64,000 nt of DNA from an uncultured Alphaproteobacteria bacterium (GTDB taxonomy: Bacteria > Pseudomonadota > Alphaproteobacteria > RF32 > CAG-239): assembly GCA_934229625.1 (NCBI GenBank), contig CAKQDU010000008.1, forward strand, positions 360 through 64,359, in the 5' to 3' direction. Shown here in pieces: positions 10,141-20,516 of the stretch; position 1 is the stretch's first letter, and each line of letters begins with the position of its first letter. The notes beneath the pieces are model-generated. The model did not search any database. It saw nothing but the letters and a program-made list of their open reading frames with translations, and was not told the origin of the DNA. Both the position numbers and the translations under genes were made by a program.

Positions 10141-10330
10141 TTGATGAGAGGCAGCAGGAAGTTAGAACCTATAATGGAAATAGTGTAGTGTATTCGGCGT
10201 AAGAGCAAGCTCCTACGCCTTATTAGCTACCTTCCTGCTATCAGGCAACAAGGTAGTTTTTCTCATCTGGAAAAACCAGTTATCCATTAGAGGGTTCTAA
10301 ACCTCACATCGGTAATCAACCGCTGCAATT
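10141..10330. ncRNA. candidate structured non-coding element (unclassified)
   Basis: nested complementary segments gatgaga/tctcatc, gcaggaag/cttcctgc, ggcgta/tacgcc, ttagaacc/ggttctaa in a 315-bp non-coding gap at the phage-block boundary. Confidence 0.3.
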
Positions 10331-10387
10331 TAAAGCTAAAAAATTTAACAAGTAATGTCAAACAAATTTTTGTAGTTTTAAAATATA

Positions 10388-10432
10388 AAAAAAACAGAGA
10401 GCCTTTGCTCTCTGCCTTTTATATTTTTGTTT
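10388..10432 (-). terminator. rho-independent terminator (likely bidirectional)
   Basis: cagagagc-cttt-gctctctg hairpin flanked by A8 and T-runs, immediately 3' of the 10435..10872 gene. Confidence 0.6.
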
Positions 10433-10434
10433 TT

Positions 10435-10872
10435 TTACTTATTTTCAGAAATTTTCGGCTGGAAAAATACTTTACGCGTTGCGATAATCAAAGCAAGCAG
10501 CTCACCGCCGTAGCTCAAAGCAACCAATCCCCAGGCTAAATATTCTTTTAACTGCGAACCGACGCTTTCTGACAAGAGAACCGGCACAACCGCCGCGCTT
10601 ACTATATACAAAATCAAAGAAACACAGCCGATGTAATGCATATATACGGAAAAATTAGGAAACTTTGTGATAAAGCTCTGCAAAAAAACAAATTTCTCTT
10701 TGTGTGACAAACCGACAATCAGGAGAATGACAAAAGCCCAAAACATAACGTCTGTTATAGTCTCAATAGGAGCCGCTAAAGATTCAATCCAACGTCCCGG
10801 CTCCGTAATCAGATAGTCTGCTGTAAAATATAATCCGGCAAGCACACACAGTCCTTTACCTTTTATTTCCAT
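10435..10872 (-). CDS. membrane protein (phage region)
   Basis: 145 aa, 4 TM helices. Confidence 0.4.
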   Translation of the reverse strand: MEIKGKGLCVLAGLYFTADYLITEPGRWIESLAAPIETITDVMFWAFVILLIVGLSHKEKFVFLQSFITKFPNFSVYMHYIGCVSLILYIVSAAVVPVLLSESVGSQLKEYLAWGLVALSYGGELLALIIATRKVFFQPKISENK

Positions 10873-10988
10873 TTATCATTCTCCCGATGCAGTTAAATTA
10901 AATAATATTTAAGTGGTAAAACAAAATAATTACAAATGCAAGCAAAATAATTTTATTTTTTGGCTTTTTCTGCGGTCTGCAGAGCGGC

Positions 10989-11660
10989 TTAACTTGCGCC
11001 GCCGCTGGAAAAACCTCCGGCTATTGTCTGCGCGGTTTTAGACATATTATCCCAGCCGCTTTGACGCGCCGATGTCAGACGGTTTTCAATATCCTTATTC
11101 GTGCCGTATAAGTTCGCCTGATTCTGATAGCCGGAAACTGAACCGTCAAGCAGCGCTTTAATTTGCTGAATATAATTCAGCTGCGAATTATTATTGAAAT
11201 TCGCACTGTTAATATTGTCGCTCAAACTTTGGCTATAGACACCCTGCCCCGCCGCAATACTTTGATAAGCCGCCTGCTTCAGCGCCTCATTCTGCTTTTG
11301 CTGCAGGTCGTTCATTGCGCGCTGATAAGCCTCGCTGCCCACTCCGATACCTTTGTTAGCTAAACCGGTCTCTAAATCCGCCTGTAGCTGCTGATATTGC
11401 GGCGTAAGCTTGTCAATAGCCGACTGATAAACAGCGTTTTCCGCTCTCTGGCGAGCCTCGTCCGAGCCGTTTACCGAAAATTGATATTCCGGCATATTAC
11501 CCAGATTCTGACTCATGCTGAGCGCCTGCCCTGTCATATTCTTCAAGGTGTTGTCATAGTTTGAGGTATCATAATTACCCAGATAATTCAGATAGTTCTT
11601 TTCATAACCGTATTTATCGGTTGAAGAACTTGCAAAAACTTTTCCTATTGATTTACTCAT
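10989..11660 (-). CDS. phage hypothetical protein, Q/N/S-rich
   Basis: 223 aa; coiled/low-complexity; 8-bp overlap with GNAT gene. Confidence 0.4.
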   Translation of the reverse strand: MSKSIGKVFASSSTDKYGYEKNYLNYLGNYDTSNYDNTLKNMTGQALSMSQNLGNMPEYQFSVNGSDEARQRAENAVYQSAIDKLTPQYQQLQADLETGLANKGIGVGSEAYQRAMNDLQQKQNEALKQAAYQSIAAGQGVYSQSLSDNINSANFNNNSQLNYIQQIKALLDGSVSGYQNQANLYGTNKDIENRLTSARQSGWDNMSKTAQTIAGGFSSGGAS

Positions 11661-12102
11661 TTATTTTCTCCTTTTCTTTTATCCATTTACATTCTTCTTT
11701 CAGCATACCGAAAATGTAGCAGTCTTCACCGTTTTCACGATATGCCCTAAACATTCCTTCTTGCTGAAATCCGAGTTTTTTAACAAAATTATAGCTGGCA
11801 GCATTGCTTTTGCTGACCAATAAAGATATCCGGCGGCAATTTAAGCCGTTAAACGCAATGCTAAACATTGTCTTTAGCATTCGGCGGTTGCACCAACGCT
11901 TGTCCGTGGTGAAAACAGTCCACCAAACTTCTGTATTTTGGCGGTAGTTATGAAAAATCAAGCCTCCAATCATTTTTCCGCATCTGGCAAAACCAAAAGT
12001 AAGATGATTGTCCAGCCATTCTTTGCCGCAACCTAAACCTTTGCATACCCAATTTGTAATAAGGTCATTTTTGTCCGGCAAAATCTCATATTCATCAATC
12101 AT
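11653..12102 (-). CDS. GNAT-family N-acetyltransferase
   Basis: 149 aa; ...RRISLLVSKSNAASYNFVKKLGFQQEGMFRAY... acetyl-CoA-binding-like motif. Confidence 0.65.
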   Translation of the reverse strand: MIDEYEILPDKNDLITNWVCKGLGCGKEWLDNHLTFGFARCGKMIGGLIFHNYRQNTEVWWTVFTTDKRWCNRRMLKTMFSIAFNGLNCRRISLLVSKSNAASYNFVKKLGFQQEGMFRAYRENGEDCYIFGMLKEECKWIKEKEKINE

Positions 12103-13658
12103 AGCACACCATTTCCTATTTCATAGCGGATTCCGGTTTCATACCACTCTATCAGATTTCCTTTTGTCTTGGTCTTAAACACAATACTGGCTTTATATCC
12201 TGTAGCAGAATTTGCTATCCATTGACTGCGAATTGAGGTACTCTCCGCAGCACCCCATTTTATACCTGACGGATTAGATGAAACAGACCATTTTGTTTTG
12301 TTCCATTTATGCAAACCTGAAACCGACAGGTTTTCTTTATAGCCGATATTGCGCGTCTCCATATCCATGTTGGTATAAATAACCAACGAATAACCGGAAC
12401 TTGATTTTGTACGCGGATTCAATAGTTGAATTTTTTTAATACTGTTGCTTCCCAAATTGTTATAAGCCTGTTCAACACAACCACTGATTTCCATTCCGTT
12501 ATCGGAATAACCTTCATCAAACCTAAAAACTCCTTTATCTGAGCCAAAATACAATCGTTGGCCATACATTCCCCAACAATGCGCGCGAATCCCCGTAAAG
12601 CGGCACCACGCCCCCGTATTCACGTTAATAACATGCTGCTCATATTGGTTGGAAACAGGCACATTGAACAAACCGTAGCCGCCTCGGCTATAAATTATTC
12701 CTTGCCAGCCATAACTTTTTAAGTTGCGGGAAGTACGCGACAAAACCAGACCGCGTATGGCATCGCTGAAAGCTATCTGCGATGCATTTGCCTGCTCTAA
12801 AGGCAGCGCTTTGGATAACGGAATATATCCGTCTTCAGAAATTATTACCACATCCCCCTGATACGGCACCAAACAGTTATATCCTATCGGCCGGCTGATT
12901 TTATATGAACCTCGCAGCAGCCATTTGTCGGCGTTGTTAATATCCGAACCGGTATAGACCAATGCTTCTCCCTCCGATGTGATAAATACGGTCAAATCAT
13001 CTATTCCTTGTCCGCCATCCTGAGTCCAATTGGCAACCGCCACAATTTCTCCGCCAAAACGGGCAACCTGCGAAAAATCAAAACAATTCAGTTTTCCAGC
13101 TATGTTTCCGGCTGTTTCCGGATACCAAACTTTAAGCGTTCCTCCTTCAATAAACCACAAACGTTGTTTAGAAAGGCCGACACCGGCTATGCGAGCAGCA
13201 TTAAGATTTTCAGCACTAAACCCCCAATCTTCAAAATGTTCGTTTTCATCGCCGTCCTGCCAATAGACTTTGGGCGTGTCACGGCCATTTACAAAATACA
13301 AATAGTTTTTATATTGCTGCGTACGGCAATAACTGTTGGAAAATTTTATATTTTCATAAGCATAAATATTTTTCTGCGAACTGATGTTATAGACTTTGCC
13401 GCCGGAAACAGCCAAGAAACGGCCATTATCCCCTGATTTATATTCAGATAAAGTACATACTTTTTCAGGCAATTTTACATATTCAACATAGCCTTTACGC
13501 AATGCAACCTTTGTATCTGTCGGCATATAATTATCCATAACAATGGCATAGTCCGCGTTCATATCCGACAAAGCATCGCGGACATTCAGTCCCTTAATCG
13601 GAGCCGGCAGCGTATAACTTACCGATTTATTGCCCCGTATTACCGATTTTAACCTCAT
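12099..13658 (-). CDS. phage structural protein (possible tail tubular protein B-like)
   Basis: 519 aa, follows a 240-aa protein downstream of capsid, as in T7-like tail-tube A/B order; assignment by position only. Confidence 0.35.
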   Translation of the reverse strand: MRLKSVIRGNKSVSYTLPAPIKGLNVRDALSDMNADYAIVMDNYMPTDTKVALRKGYVEYVKLPEKVCTLSEYKSGDNGRFLAVSGGKVYNISSQKNIYAYENIKFSNSYCRTQQYKNYLYFVNGRDTPKVYWQDGDENEHFEDWGFSAENLNAARIAGVGLSKQRLWFIEGGTLKVWYPETAGNIAGKLNCFDFSQVARFGGEIVAVANWTQDGGQGIDDLTVFITSEGEALVYTGSDINNADKWLLRGSYKISRPIGYNCLVPYQGDVVIISEDGYIPLSKALPLEQANASQIAFSDAIRGLVLSRTSRNLKSYGWQGIIYSRGGYGLFNVPVSNQYEQHVINVNTGAWCRFTGIRAHCWGMYGQRLYFGSDKGVFRFDEGYSDNGMEISGCVEQAYNNLGSNSIKKIQLLNPRTKSSSGYSLVIYTNMDMETRNIGYKENLSVSGLHKWNKTKWSVSSNPSGIKWGAAESTSIRSQWIANSATGYKASIVFKTKTKGNLIEWYETGIRYEIGNGVL

Positions 13659-14349
13659 TGATTATTACTCCTCCCAATTCTGCGCATTCTGCACTTTTTG
13701 CTAAATTTATATCAGAGGACGAATGTTCAGAACCAAAGCGTTTTTTTAATTCACGCTGAAATTCATCATATTCTTCTCCATAATCCAAACCGCTGCGTTT
13801 AAGCCAACGCCACAAAATATTCAGCTTAACCAAATATTCGTCAAAAACCGGAACATCCGTATTTGAAGTCAGGGAACTTTTCTCCTCAAAAGTATCAAAA
13901 TCCCAAACAACACCGTTGGAACGATATTGAAAAACAATACGCATTCCTCCGGGCGGCGGCGTCAAAAACACAAAACGCCCGTTCTGAATTTTAAATTTCA
14001 ACTCATTTCCCGAACTATAAAAGTACTTTTCTCTCATCCATTGTTCCGGTGTAATCGCGCCGATAATCCGTTCTTTACTGTCTTTTATAAAAATCGTATT
14101 ATTCAGCAAACAATAAAAATCCGGCAAAAATTCGGATATTGGATATTGAGTGCGTCCTTCAACCGTACGCAAACACCCTTCTTTAGTCAGCTCCTGCCAA
14201 TCGCCATAACGCAACAGGCTGTCCAGCGCCGACTTAGCCACACTCAGAAAAATACTTTCCTGTTGACTGTTGGCATCAAACAAATTATCGGGGCGTTTGG
14301 TTGCGGCCAAATCTGCAACCTCGCGGCATATTTCCAAAATTGTCTTCAC
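13627..14349 (-). CDS. phage structural protein (possible tail tubular protein A-like)
   Basis: 240 aa; position after capsid module. Confidence 0.3.
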   Translation of the reverse strand: MKTILEICREVADLAATKRPDNLFDANSQQESIFLSVAKSALDSLLRYGDWQELTKEGCLRTVEGRTQYPISEFLPDFYCLLNNTIFIKDSKERIIGAITPEQWMREKYFYSSGNELKFKIQNGRFVFLTPPPGGMRIVFQYRSNGVVWDFDTFEEKSSLTSNTDVPVFDEYLVKLNILWRWLKRSGLDYGEEYDEFQRELKKRFGSEHSSSDINLAKSAECAELGGVIINEVKIGNTGQ

Positions 14350-14969
14350 AGCTTTTCTCCTTTTTCAAATAGATTTTTTTTGCGTTCATTGTTCAAGGCA
14401 CGTTGGACAACAGCTAGCTGTTCGCGCAAAGCTTCTATCTCTCGCTCATATTCAAGTTCTTTTTCAACAAAATCATTCAATGCTTTGTTATTATTTGATT
14501 TTTCTAAAAACATTTGTGCTAAAACGTGTTCATTTTGCAGCCCCAAACTCTGCACTTTGTCAAAGTCAAGCTCCGCCAAAGTTTCAACCGTAAATACGCC
14601 ACGACTTTTGCAAGTAGCTATTTCAGCCGCTGTCAGAAATGCAAATTGTTCCAGCGGCGTACCTTTTTCAATCTGTTTTTTAGAAAGCTGATATAAGGCA
14701 TATTCTTTGGGAAAACGTCTGATTTTTTCGGCTGTGGCCGGTTGATTAAACACTTCGGTATTATTATCTTTCAGGCGAATTTCAACATAAGTCACATTTT
14801 TGAAAACCGGCATTCCATTTTCAGCAACTTCGCTTGTTTTGACTGCTTTATCATAAAATCTCGCAGCCACATTTTTTTCACTTTCCCCCTGATTCATAAT
14901 TTGCTGAATCAGGGCATATTCCATATCCATAGTTTTTTCCTTTTTTACTTTAAAAAATTTATATAACAA
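14346..14969 (-). CDS. phage hypothetical protein
   Basis: 207 aa; 4-bp overlap with next gene. Confidence 0.35.
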   Translation of the reverse strand: MLYKFFKVKKEKTMDMEYALIQQIMNQGESEKNVAARFYDKAVKTSEVAENGMPVFKNVTYVEIRLKDNNTEVFNQPATAEKIRRFPKEYALYQLSKKQIEKGTPLEQFAFLTAAEIATCKSRGVFTVETLAELDFDKVQSLGLQNEHVLAQMFLEKSNNNKALNDFVEKELEYEREIEALREQLAVVQRALNNERKKNLFEKGEKL

Positions 14970-15014
14970 ATTGAAAAGGAGTGATTTTATTCACTCCCTT
15001 TCTTTATTGGATAA

Positions 15015-15980
15015 TTATTCTTTAGTGTTAATCAACACACCTTGAACCGCGGCATTAGACATAGTCATATTACCGGCCCAACCGATTATGCGGTATAAAG
15101 CATCTTGATTTACAGCTAATCTGTCACCACCGATAATTTTCATGTTACGGTCTCTATGTGTGCGAAGATAAATATAGTTAGTATTCAAAAAATACATATG
15201 ATTCTCAGGACAATGACCGCCTTGACCTCCATCAAAAATCACATCGGCCCCCTTAAATTTTAGACTTATAAAACCGGCATCGGCCATTTTAGGGTCTGAA
15301 AAACGCTGTAAAGCCGATAATGATTCGTCAAACATTGCGTACAAAGCGTCATTGCAAACAACCAAATCCGGTTTATCCGCGTTGCGACAACATTTGTGAT
15401 ATAACGTATTCATTACCTGACGAATGTTTGAAGCGTCAACATTAGCGCTGACAGATTGATTACGCCAAAATTCATTTCCGGCCGACGAGCGGTCTATACC
15501 GCCAACGGTGCCTGATGTCGGGTCATCAGCAACCAACAACGCCAAACCGCCGATTTCTTTGCCGGAAGAACCAGTGCCGTCGCTGAACAATGCCGCAGCC
15601 ATCTGATTTTTTAAAGTTTTTTCCGCATTGGAAATACGTTTTTCAAACAAATCCATAATTTGTTCCGGACCGCTGTTCATCAGCAATTCTTCGCCTGAAA
15701 TAGCAACGGGAACAGCGCATAATTTCAATGCGTATTCCGCAGCCGTAAACAATTGTTTCGGGGTGTAATTGATAGTGTCATATCCGGAATACCACACCAT
15801 ATCTCCCTCGCCGTATTCCAATTCCTCCAAAATTTTGGAACCGCCACTTAACGGACGCATTTTTCCTTTATCTCTGAGGCGCGCCAACAACGCGTTGTTT
15901 TTAGAAATGTTATCCGCCATTTCTTTTGAACGATTTGCCAATGTTACGGTAAACACTTCGTTGTAGTTTTTATTTGTCAT
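15015..15980 (-). CDS. putative major capsid protein
   Basis: 321 aa immediately downstream of an acidic scaffold-like protein; length and C-terminal pattern reminiscent of T7-type gp10. Confidence 0.5.
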   Translation of the reverse strand: MTNKNYNEVFTVTLANRSKEMADNISKNNALLARLRDKGKMRPLSGGSKILEELEYGEGDMVWYSGYDTINYTPKQLFTAAEYALKLCAVPVAISGEELLMNSGPEQIMDLFEKRISNAEKTLKNQMAAALFSDGTGSSGKEIGGLALLVADDPTSGTVGGIDRSSAGNEFWRNQSVSANVDASNIRQVMNTLYHKCCRNADKPDLVVCNDALYAMFDESLSALQRFSDPKMADAGFISLKFKGADVIFDGGQGGHCPENHMYFLNTNYIYLRTHRDRNMKIIGGDRLAVNQDALYRIIGWAGNMTMSNAAVQGVLINTKE

Positions 15981-16004
15981 TTTTTTATCCTTTTAAAATT
16001 TAAG

Positions 16005-16880
16005 TTAATCCATAAAAGCAGCCATGTTTTTTTCAATCTCTTCCCTTAAAGTCAGAGGTCTGTTCGGTGCTTTTGCTTTTCCTTTCGGAGAAAACGCCGC
16101 TTTCTGCGCCTTTTGCGCATCTTCGGCTTCTGAGTTGATTTGTTTGGCAATCAACTCTTTACGGACATCGGCATTGAGCCAAACCGCCTGTTTATAGGCA
16201 TCTTCAAAACCGGCAGCCAGTCCGCTTTGCAGCAAATTACGCATTTGATTGTAAACAGTTTCAAAATACGGATACAAACGACGTCCGTTTTCATCTTTTT
16301 GAGCGCCGAATGTTTGTAATTGACTGTTAAAATCAGCGCTTTGACGTTGCTGCAAATAATCTCTAAGACTATGAAAACCGGCATCCAGTTCTGATAGTCT
16401 TTCTAAAATCCTATTTGTTATTTCTGTTTGAGGAGTTTCAGTAAATTGAGCTTTAACATTAAATACTTTAGCTATGGCGTTTAAGGTTTCCGCCGGACGG
16501 CTGTGAATTTGCTCATCTATAAAAATTAAACCGCTAAGCCATTCCTGCAAACTATGAATACCTTCTTCGCCACAGCGTTTTTGTAAAACATCATCAAAAC
16601 CTTTAAGCCAATTTATAATCTCCAGTTTTGCTGATAATTCCTTACGTTCAGCTTTTATTTTTTCTTCACGCTTGTTTAAATATTTCTGCCATTTGGGAGA
16701 AAGTTCGCTGAACGCAGCCGCATATTCAGGTTCAAAATCGGCAGGAGCGGCAATCAGCACTTTTTCCGCTTCATTATTTGCTTCAGCCTTAATTTCGGCG
16801 TCTGCATCAACATTCGGTTCAGATAAGCCGAATGCTTTGAACTGACGTTCAATTTCTTTTCTTAAATCATTCATTTCCAT
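16005..16880 (-). CDS. putative capsid scaffolding protein
   Basis: 291 aa, highly acidic, helical/coiled, directly upstream of capsid gene. Confidence 0.45.
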   Translation of the reverse strand: MEMNDLRKEIERQFKAFGLSEPNVDADAEIKAEANNEAEKVLIAAPADFEPEYAAAFSELSPKWQKYLNKREEKIKAERKELSAKLEIINWLKGFDDVLQKRCGEEGIHSLQEWLSGLIFIDEQIHSRPAETLNAIAKVFNVKAQFTETPQTEITNRILERLSELDAGFHSLRDYLQQRQSADFNSQLQTFGAQKDENGRRLYPYFETVYNQMRNLLQSGLAAGFEDAYKQAVWLNADVRKELIAKQINSEAEDAQKAQKAAFSPKGKAKAPNRPLTLREEIEKNMAAFMD

Positions 16881-17143
16881 ATCATCCTTTTGTAGTTATA
16901 AAGAAAATCGGCAAACAAAGACTGCTGCCGTTCTCTTTCTTGTTGATTGCGAATATTTTGATAATATTCGGCTGAATAGTCGCTGGCCAGAGCTAAGCCC
17001 GTGGCGCGCAAATACTTGTCAACGTCCGCGACCGAAGACGCGACAGATTCGTCCGGAAGAAGCACATCTTCCGCGAATTGCTTACTGATGTAGGTCATCA
17101 TATTTCTCCAAATTTCGGATATAAAAAAACGCCTTGTTTTCAT
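16871..17143 (-). CDS. phage hypothetical protein
   Basis: 90-aa ORF, overlaps scaffold start by 10 nt. Confidence 0.3.
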   Translation of the reverse strand: MKTRRFFISEIWRNMMTYISKQFAEDVLLPDESVASSVADVDKYLRATGLALASDYSAEYYQNIRNQQERERQQSLFADFLYNYKRMIWK

Positions 17144-17184
17144 ATCAACAAAGCGTTTTGCTTCATAAAGCCAATGATTATTTT

Positions 17185-17409
17185 TTATAGTTTTCCAGCG
17201 GCTTTTTTCTGCCGGTTTTCATCTGTTATCGTCACGCATCCGGTTTGGTTGTTCCAACTCAAACAATCATCACGGCAGATTTTTTGCACCGGGTCATATA
17301 TCTTTCCAATATCCAAGCAATAGGCTTGTTTATCAAAAAACAAATATCCGGCAAAACCAATAACAGCCAAAATGATAAATACTGCTGCAAAATAAAATAC
17401 CCGTTTCAT
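17185..17409 (-). CDS. small membrane protein
   Basis: 74 aa, N-terminal TM, Cys-rich tail. Confidence 0.3.
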   Translation of the reverse strand: MKRVFYFAAVFIILAVIGFAGYLFFDKQAYCLDIGKIYDPVQKICRDDCLSWNNQTGCVTITDENRQKKAAGKL

Positions 17410-17415
17410 ATGTTT

Positions 17416-17796
17416 TTATTCCTTAATTAACTTTTCTATAGTATATTTCCATATCCACCAATCGCCGTAATCCGGCCATAGATAGCGATATAGCAAACAG
17501 TGCAGCTGAAATACTAAATACATAATATCAACTCCGCACAAAAAATAACTTATACAGACGCATTTTGATAAACAAAATAAACCGACTAAAGGAATATATA
17601 AACAAGGTATTAAATGCACAAAAATTGTTGCTAAAATATCTGCAGTTTCAGGTGTATCAGGCTCAATAAAATAATGTACAGAGCTTTCTGCCGCTAAAAC
17701 AAATGATATTATCAAAAAGCACAAAAATACATATTTAACTGTTTTATAATCCCAAGTTTCAGTCATTATTTTAATTTTGCACTCCCTAAAGTCCAC
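17416..17796 (-). CDS. membrane protein
   Basis: 126 aa, 3 TM. Confidence 0.3.
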   Translation of the reverse strand: MDFRECKIKIMTETWDYKTVKYVFLCFLIISFVLAAESSVHYFIEPDTPETADILATIFVHLIPCLYIPLVGLFCLSKCVCISYFLCGVDIMYLVFQLHCLLYRYLWPDYGDWWIWKYTIEKLIKE

Positions 17797-17969
17797 AAAA
17801 CCTCATTTCCGGCACTTATTACAGAAAAAAAATTTTGATTTGTACAAAATAAAAAATATCCTGCAACAAAACCTATATACATAAATTTAATTCTGCGCGG
17901 TACAAAGAAAAATGAAACCACTAATAATACTAACACTATACCATAAAATAAAATTTTAATCATATCCAT
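17766..17969 (-). CDS. small membrane protein
   Basis: 67 aa, 2 TM. Confidence 0.25.
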   Translation of the reverse strand: MDMIKILFYGIVLVLLVVSFFFVPRRIKFMYIGFVAGYFLFCTNQNFFSVISAGNEVLWTLGSAKLK

Positions 17970-18262
17970 CTCAGTATCTTTCTTTCATTCCTCTGTAGCA
18001 CTAATAAGTTGTATTAAGTATTATCAATCAACTGTTTGCAAATTGCAAGTTATTTTTTACCAAAATCATCACGATATTCTTCCTCGCTTCTTTCCGGAGC
18101 AAGTTCATTGTCGCTGTAAGCGTTTTCGTCTTCCGGTTCCGGCTGTGTAGGAACATTAGAAACTCTGCCATAAGCCTCATCTTCCGGCACCCAGCCGTAA
18201 GCCTCGTTTTCACGTACCATTCTTGGTCTATAAGTCATTTTATTTTATCCTTTCTAAAAAAA

Positions 18263-19588
18263 TTACCATTTATCATCGGTGGATTTATTGGCGCGAAACA
18301 TACTTTCTATGCTGTCGCCCGGCAGACGTCCGCACTCTTCGTCTGACCTCTCAAAAACCGGCTCGGCAAAAGTCAGCGCCAAAGCATCCGCCATATCCGG
18401 CGACTTGCCCAACCGCTTTTTAATTTCTTCTTTTTCTTCCAACTGCAAACGTCCGCGGCTGTCATATTTTTTGTTAACGGCGCAAAGCTCATTTGCCAAA
18501 TTTTCATCGTTCGGCAGTTCCACTTTTTGCTCGCCGCTCAGCCATATCCGCAGCTCGTCCCACATCTCAGCGCGGCGGTTGTGATAGCGGTCGTCAGCCA
18601 GCGCCTTTGCTCCAAACATTACTGCCCGCACAACTCGCTTAAAACCGCGGTCGTTCAAAATATCCACCACACCGCCGCCCACGCCGCCGGCATCAACAAA
18701 CACCCGCGCCGGTTTATATTGGCGGATAAAAAAAGTGGCTCGATTTGCCACCTCAACATTATCCAAACGGGCATAGCTTTCAAAAAACAAACACACCCGT
18801 CCGCGCCGGAAGCAAAACACGCTTTTATCATCGCCGAAACGCGCCACATCCAGCCCGATAATCAGCGGAGAAGACGGATTTTCCAGCTTAGTTTCAAACG
18901 CCTGACGCACCAATTTAGGCGCAATAAGCTTATGACTACCCACCGCAACCGGCGCTCCAAGCCAAATATGTTCATAATCTTCCGGACTCTCTTTTTGGCA
19001 CTTTTGCGCCAAATAACGCATTTCTTCCGGACAAAACGGATTATCGGTATAGTTTACTTTAACCACTAAAGTCCGCTCATCGGGATTTGCTCCGACAGCC
19101 AGCCAAACCGGGTCGTTTTCTTCTTCCCTGTTCATAGAAATCCAAATTTCCGAACCTGTTTTACGAATTGTCGGGTCCAAAATCTCCCAGCTTTTTTTGC
19201 TGATTTTCTGCGCTTCTTCCAGCCAGACAATATCAATTCCCTCAAGTGATTTTATGTTGCCGGAATCTTGCTCTCTTAAACCCTTAAATATAAAAGTTGT
19301 ACCGCTGAGCTGATTTACAATCTTTGTTTCGCTGATTTTATAATCAGTTAAGCCATAAAAGTTAATGCGGTCACTCAAAAGTTTATGCACCGAATCTTTA
19401 ATACTGTCTTGCACTTCACGCATACAAGCTATCCGCAATTTTTTCATACGTCCCAAAAAAAGCAAACTATCGGCAAAAGCATATGATTTTCCACCGGCTC
19501 GCCCGCCATAATAAAGCTTATAACGGAACTTACGTTTCATCAGCGGAGCAAATATTTTCGGTATTTTTGCTATCATTCTGTTTGTCAT
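18263..19588 (-). CDS. phage terminase large subunit
   Basis: 441 aa; Walker A YYGGRAGGKS; PBSX/terminase_6-like N-terminal ATPase and C-terminal nuclease with acidic residues. Confidence 0.85.
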   Translation of the reverse strand: MTNRMIAKIPKIFAPLMKRKFRYKLYYGGRAGGKSYAFADSLLFLGRMKKLRIACMREVQDSIKDSVHKLLSDRINFYGLTDYKISETKIVNQLSGTTFIFKGLREQDSGNIKSLEGIDIVWLEEAQKISKKSWEILDPTIRKTGSEIWISMNREEENDPVWLAVGANPDERTLVVKVNYTDNPFCPEEMRYLAQKCQKESPEDYEHIWLGAPVAVGSHKLIAPKLVRQAFETKLENPSSPLIIGLDVARFGDDKSVFCFRRGRVCLFFESYARLDNVEVANRATFFIRQYKPARVFVDAGGVGGGVVDILNDRGFKRVVRAVMFGAKALADDRYHNRRAEMWDELRIWLSGEQKVELPNDENLANELCAVNKKYDSRGRLQLEEKEEIKKRLGKSPDMADALALTFAEPVFERSDEECGRLPGDSIESMFRANKSTDDKW

Positions 19589-19793
19589 TTATAAAATCCA
19601 CCAAAATTTTTGTTAAGTTTTCCGCCGATTGCGAACTTTCTTTATCGGTTTGCATAGCGGCAATTTTACATTTTAATTCTTCCGCCTTTAGAGCTAAATT
19701 GATATTTCCCTCATCAACAGCCATTTGCTGTAGACGATTTAACATTTCCAAACTTTCGGCAAAAGAATAGGCTTGTAATTTTTTTTTGACCAT
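19530..19793 (-). CDS. phage hypothetical protein (possible small terminase)
   Basis: 87 aa helical protein immediately upstream of the large terminase, overlapping it. Confidence 0.25.
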   Translation of the reverse strand: MVKKKLQAYSFAESLEMLNRLQQMAVDEGNINLALKAEELKCKIAAMQTDKESSQSAENLTKILVDFINDKQNDSKNTENICSADET

Positions 19794-19804
19794 TATTCTT
19801 ATCC

Positions 19805-20257
19805 TTACTTAATATCATTATAAAACAAATGATTACCGGCAATATAACATGGTGTTTTACCAATTGCCCATTTAGGTTTTATCTGCTTTGTATGATAAAA
19901 CAGCGCCCCGTTGGTAAAATCCTGCAAATTACCGGACAGAGCTTTTTGCGCCACCTGAAGACATTTTTGAAATCCGTAGGCTGTAATTGTTTTTTGACAC
20001 AGCATCTTGTAATTGACGTCATTTTTATTCCAGCAACTGAACTGCGCTTTTTTCAAACAAGTTTGAGCCACATTCGGAATTTTTTTGCCATTTTGCATTT
20101 CATATCCGGTAAACCATTTGTTTGCCCTAAATCTGTTTAAAATAACACAAGCCACCGCCTCCAGCCCTTCATCTCCCTCGCCTCTGGCTTCGCCAAACAA
20201 AGTACGGGCAAAAATCTGTAAATCATACTCAGTCATTTTTACCGGCCTTTCCGGCAA
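19805..20257 (-). CDS. cell-wall hydrolase (SleB/CwlJ family), putative endolysin
   Basis: LFGEARGEGDEGLEAVACVILNR motif of Hydrolase_2 family; adjacent to holin-like gene. Confidence 0.75.
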   Translation of the reverse strand: MPERPVKMTEYDLQIFARTLFGEARGEGDEGLEAVACVILNRFRANKWFTGYEMQNGKKIPNVAQTCLKKAQFSCWNKNDVNYKMLCQKTITAYGFQKCLQVAQKALSGNLQDFTNGALFYHTKQIKPKWAIGKTPCYIAGNHLFYNDIK

Positions 20258-20516
20258 CTAAAGCCGATAATTTTGTTTTGATAAATTCATTTCCCCATTC
20301 ATATAGCGCGCGGCTAAAAAAAATCACCACACAAGAAATACCGCTTCTGGTTGCTCCCGAAAGTGCGGCATAATCCAAAAGCAAATACATAATATACCCC
20401 ATGCAAAACGCCAAAACAGCATCTATTGTAGCCTGAAAAAAACCTTTATAATGCACATATGCTGACGCAATCGCCATCAGCACAAACAGCGCAATTGTTT
20501 TTAAATCGTCTATCAT
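20229..20516 (-). CDS. putative holin
   Basis: 95 aa, 2-3 TM helices, charged C-terminus, overlaps hydrolase gene start. Confidence 0.4.
   Translation of the reverse strand: MIDDLKTIALFVLMAIASAYVHYKGFFQATIDAVLAFCMGYIMYLLLDYAALSGATRSGISCVVIFFSRALYEWGNEFIKTKLSALVAGKAGKND

Noticed and set aside
10141-10330. SRP (4.5S) RNA or tmRNA identity for the structured element
   Set aside because: The conserved SRP domain IV motif (GGAAGGAAGCAGCC-like with symmetric loop) and the tmRNA tRNA-like 3' end or tag reading frame are not present on either strand. It is left as unclassified.
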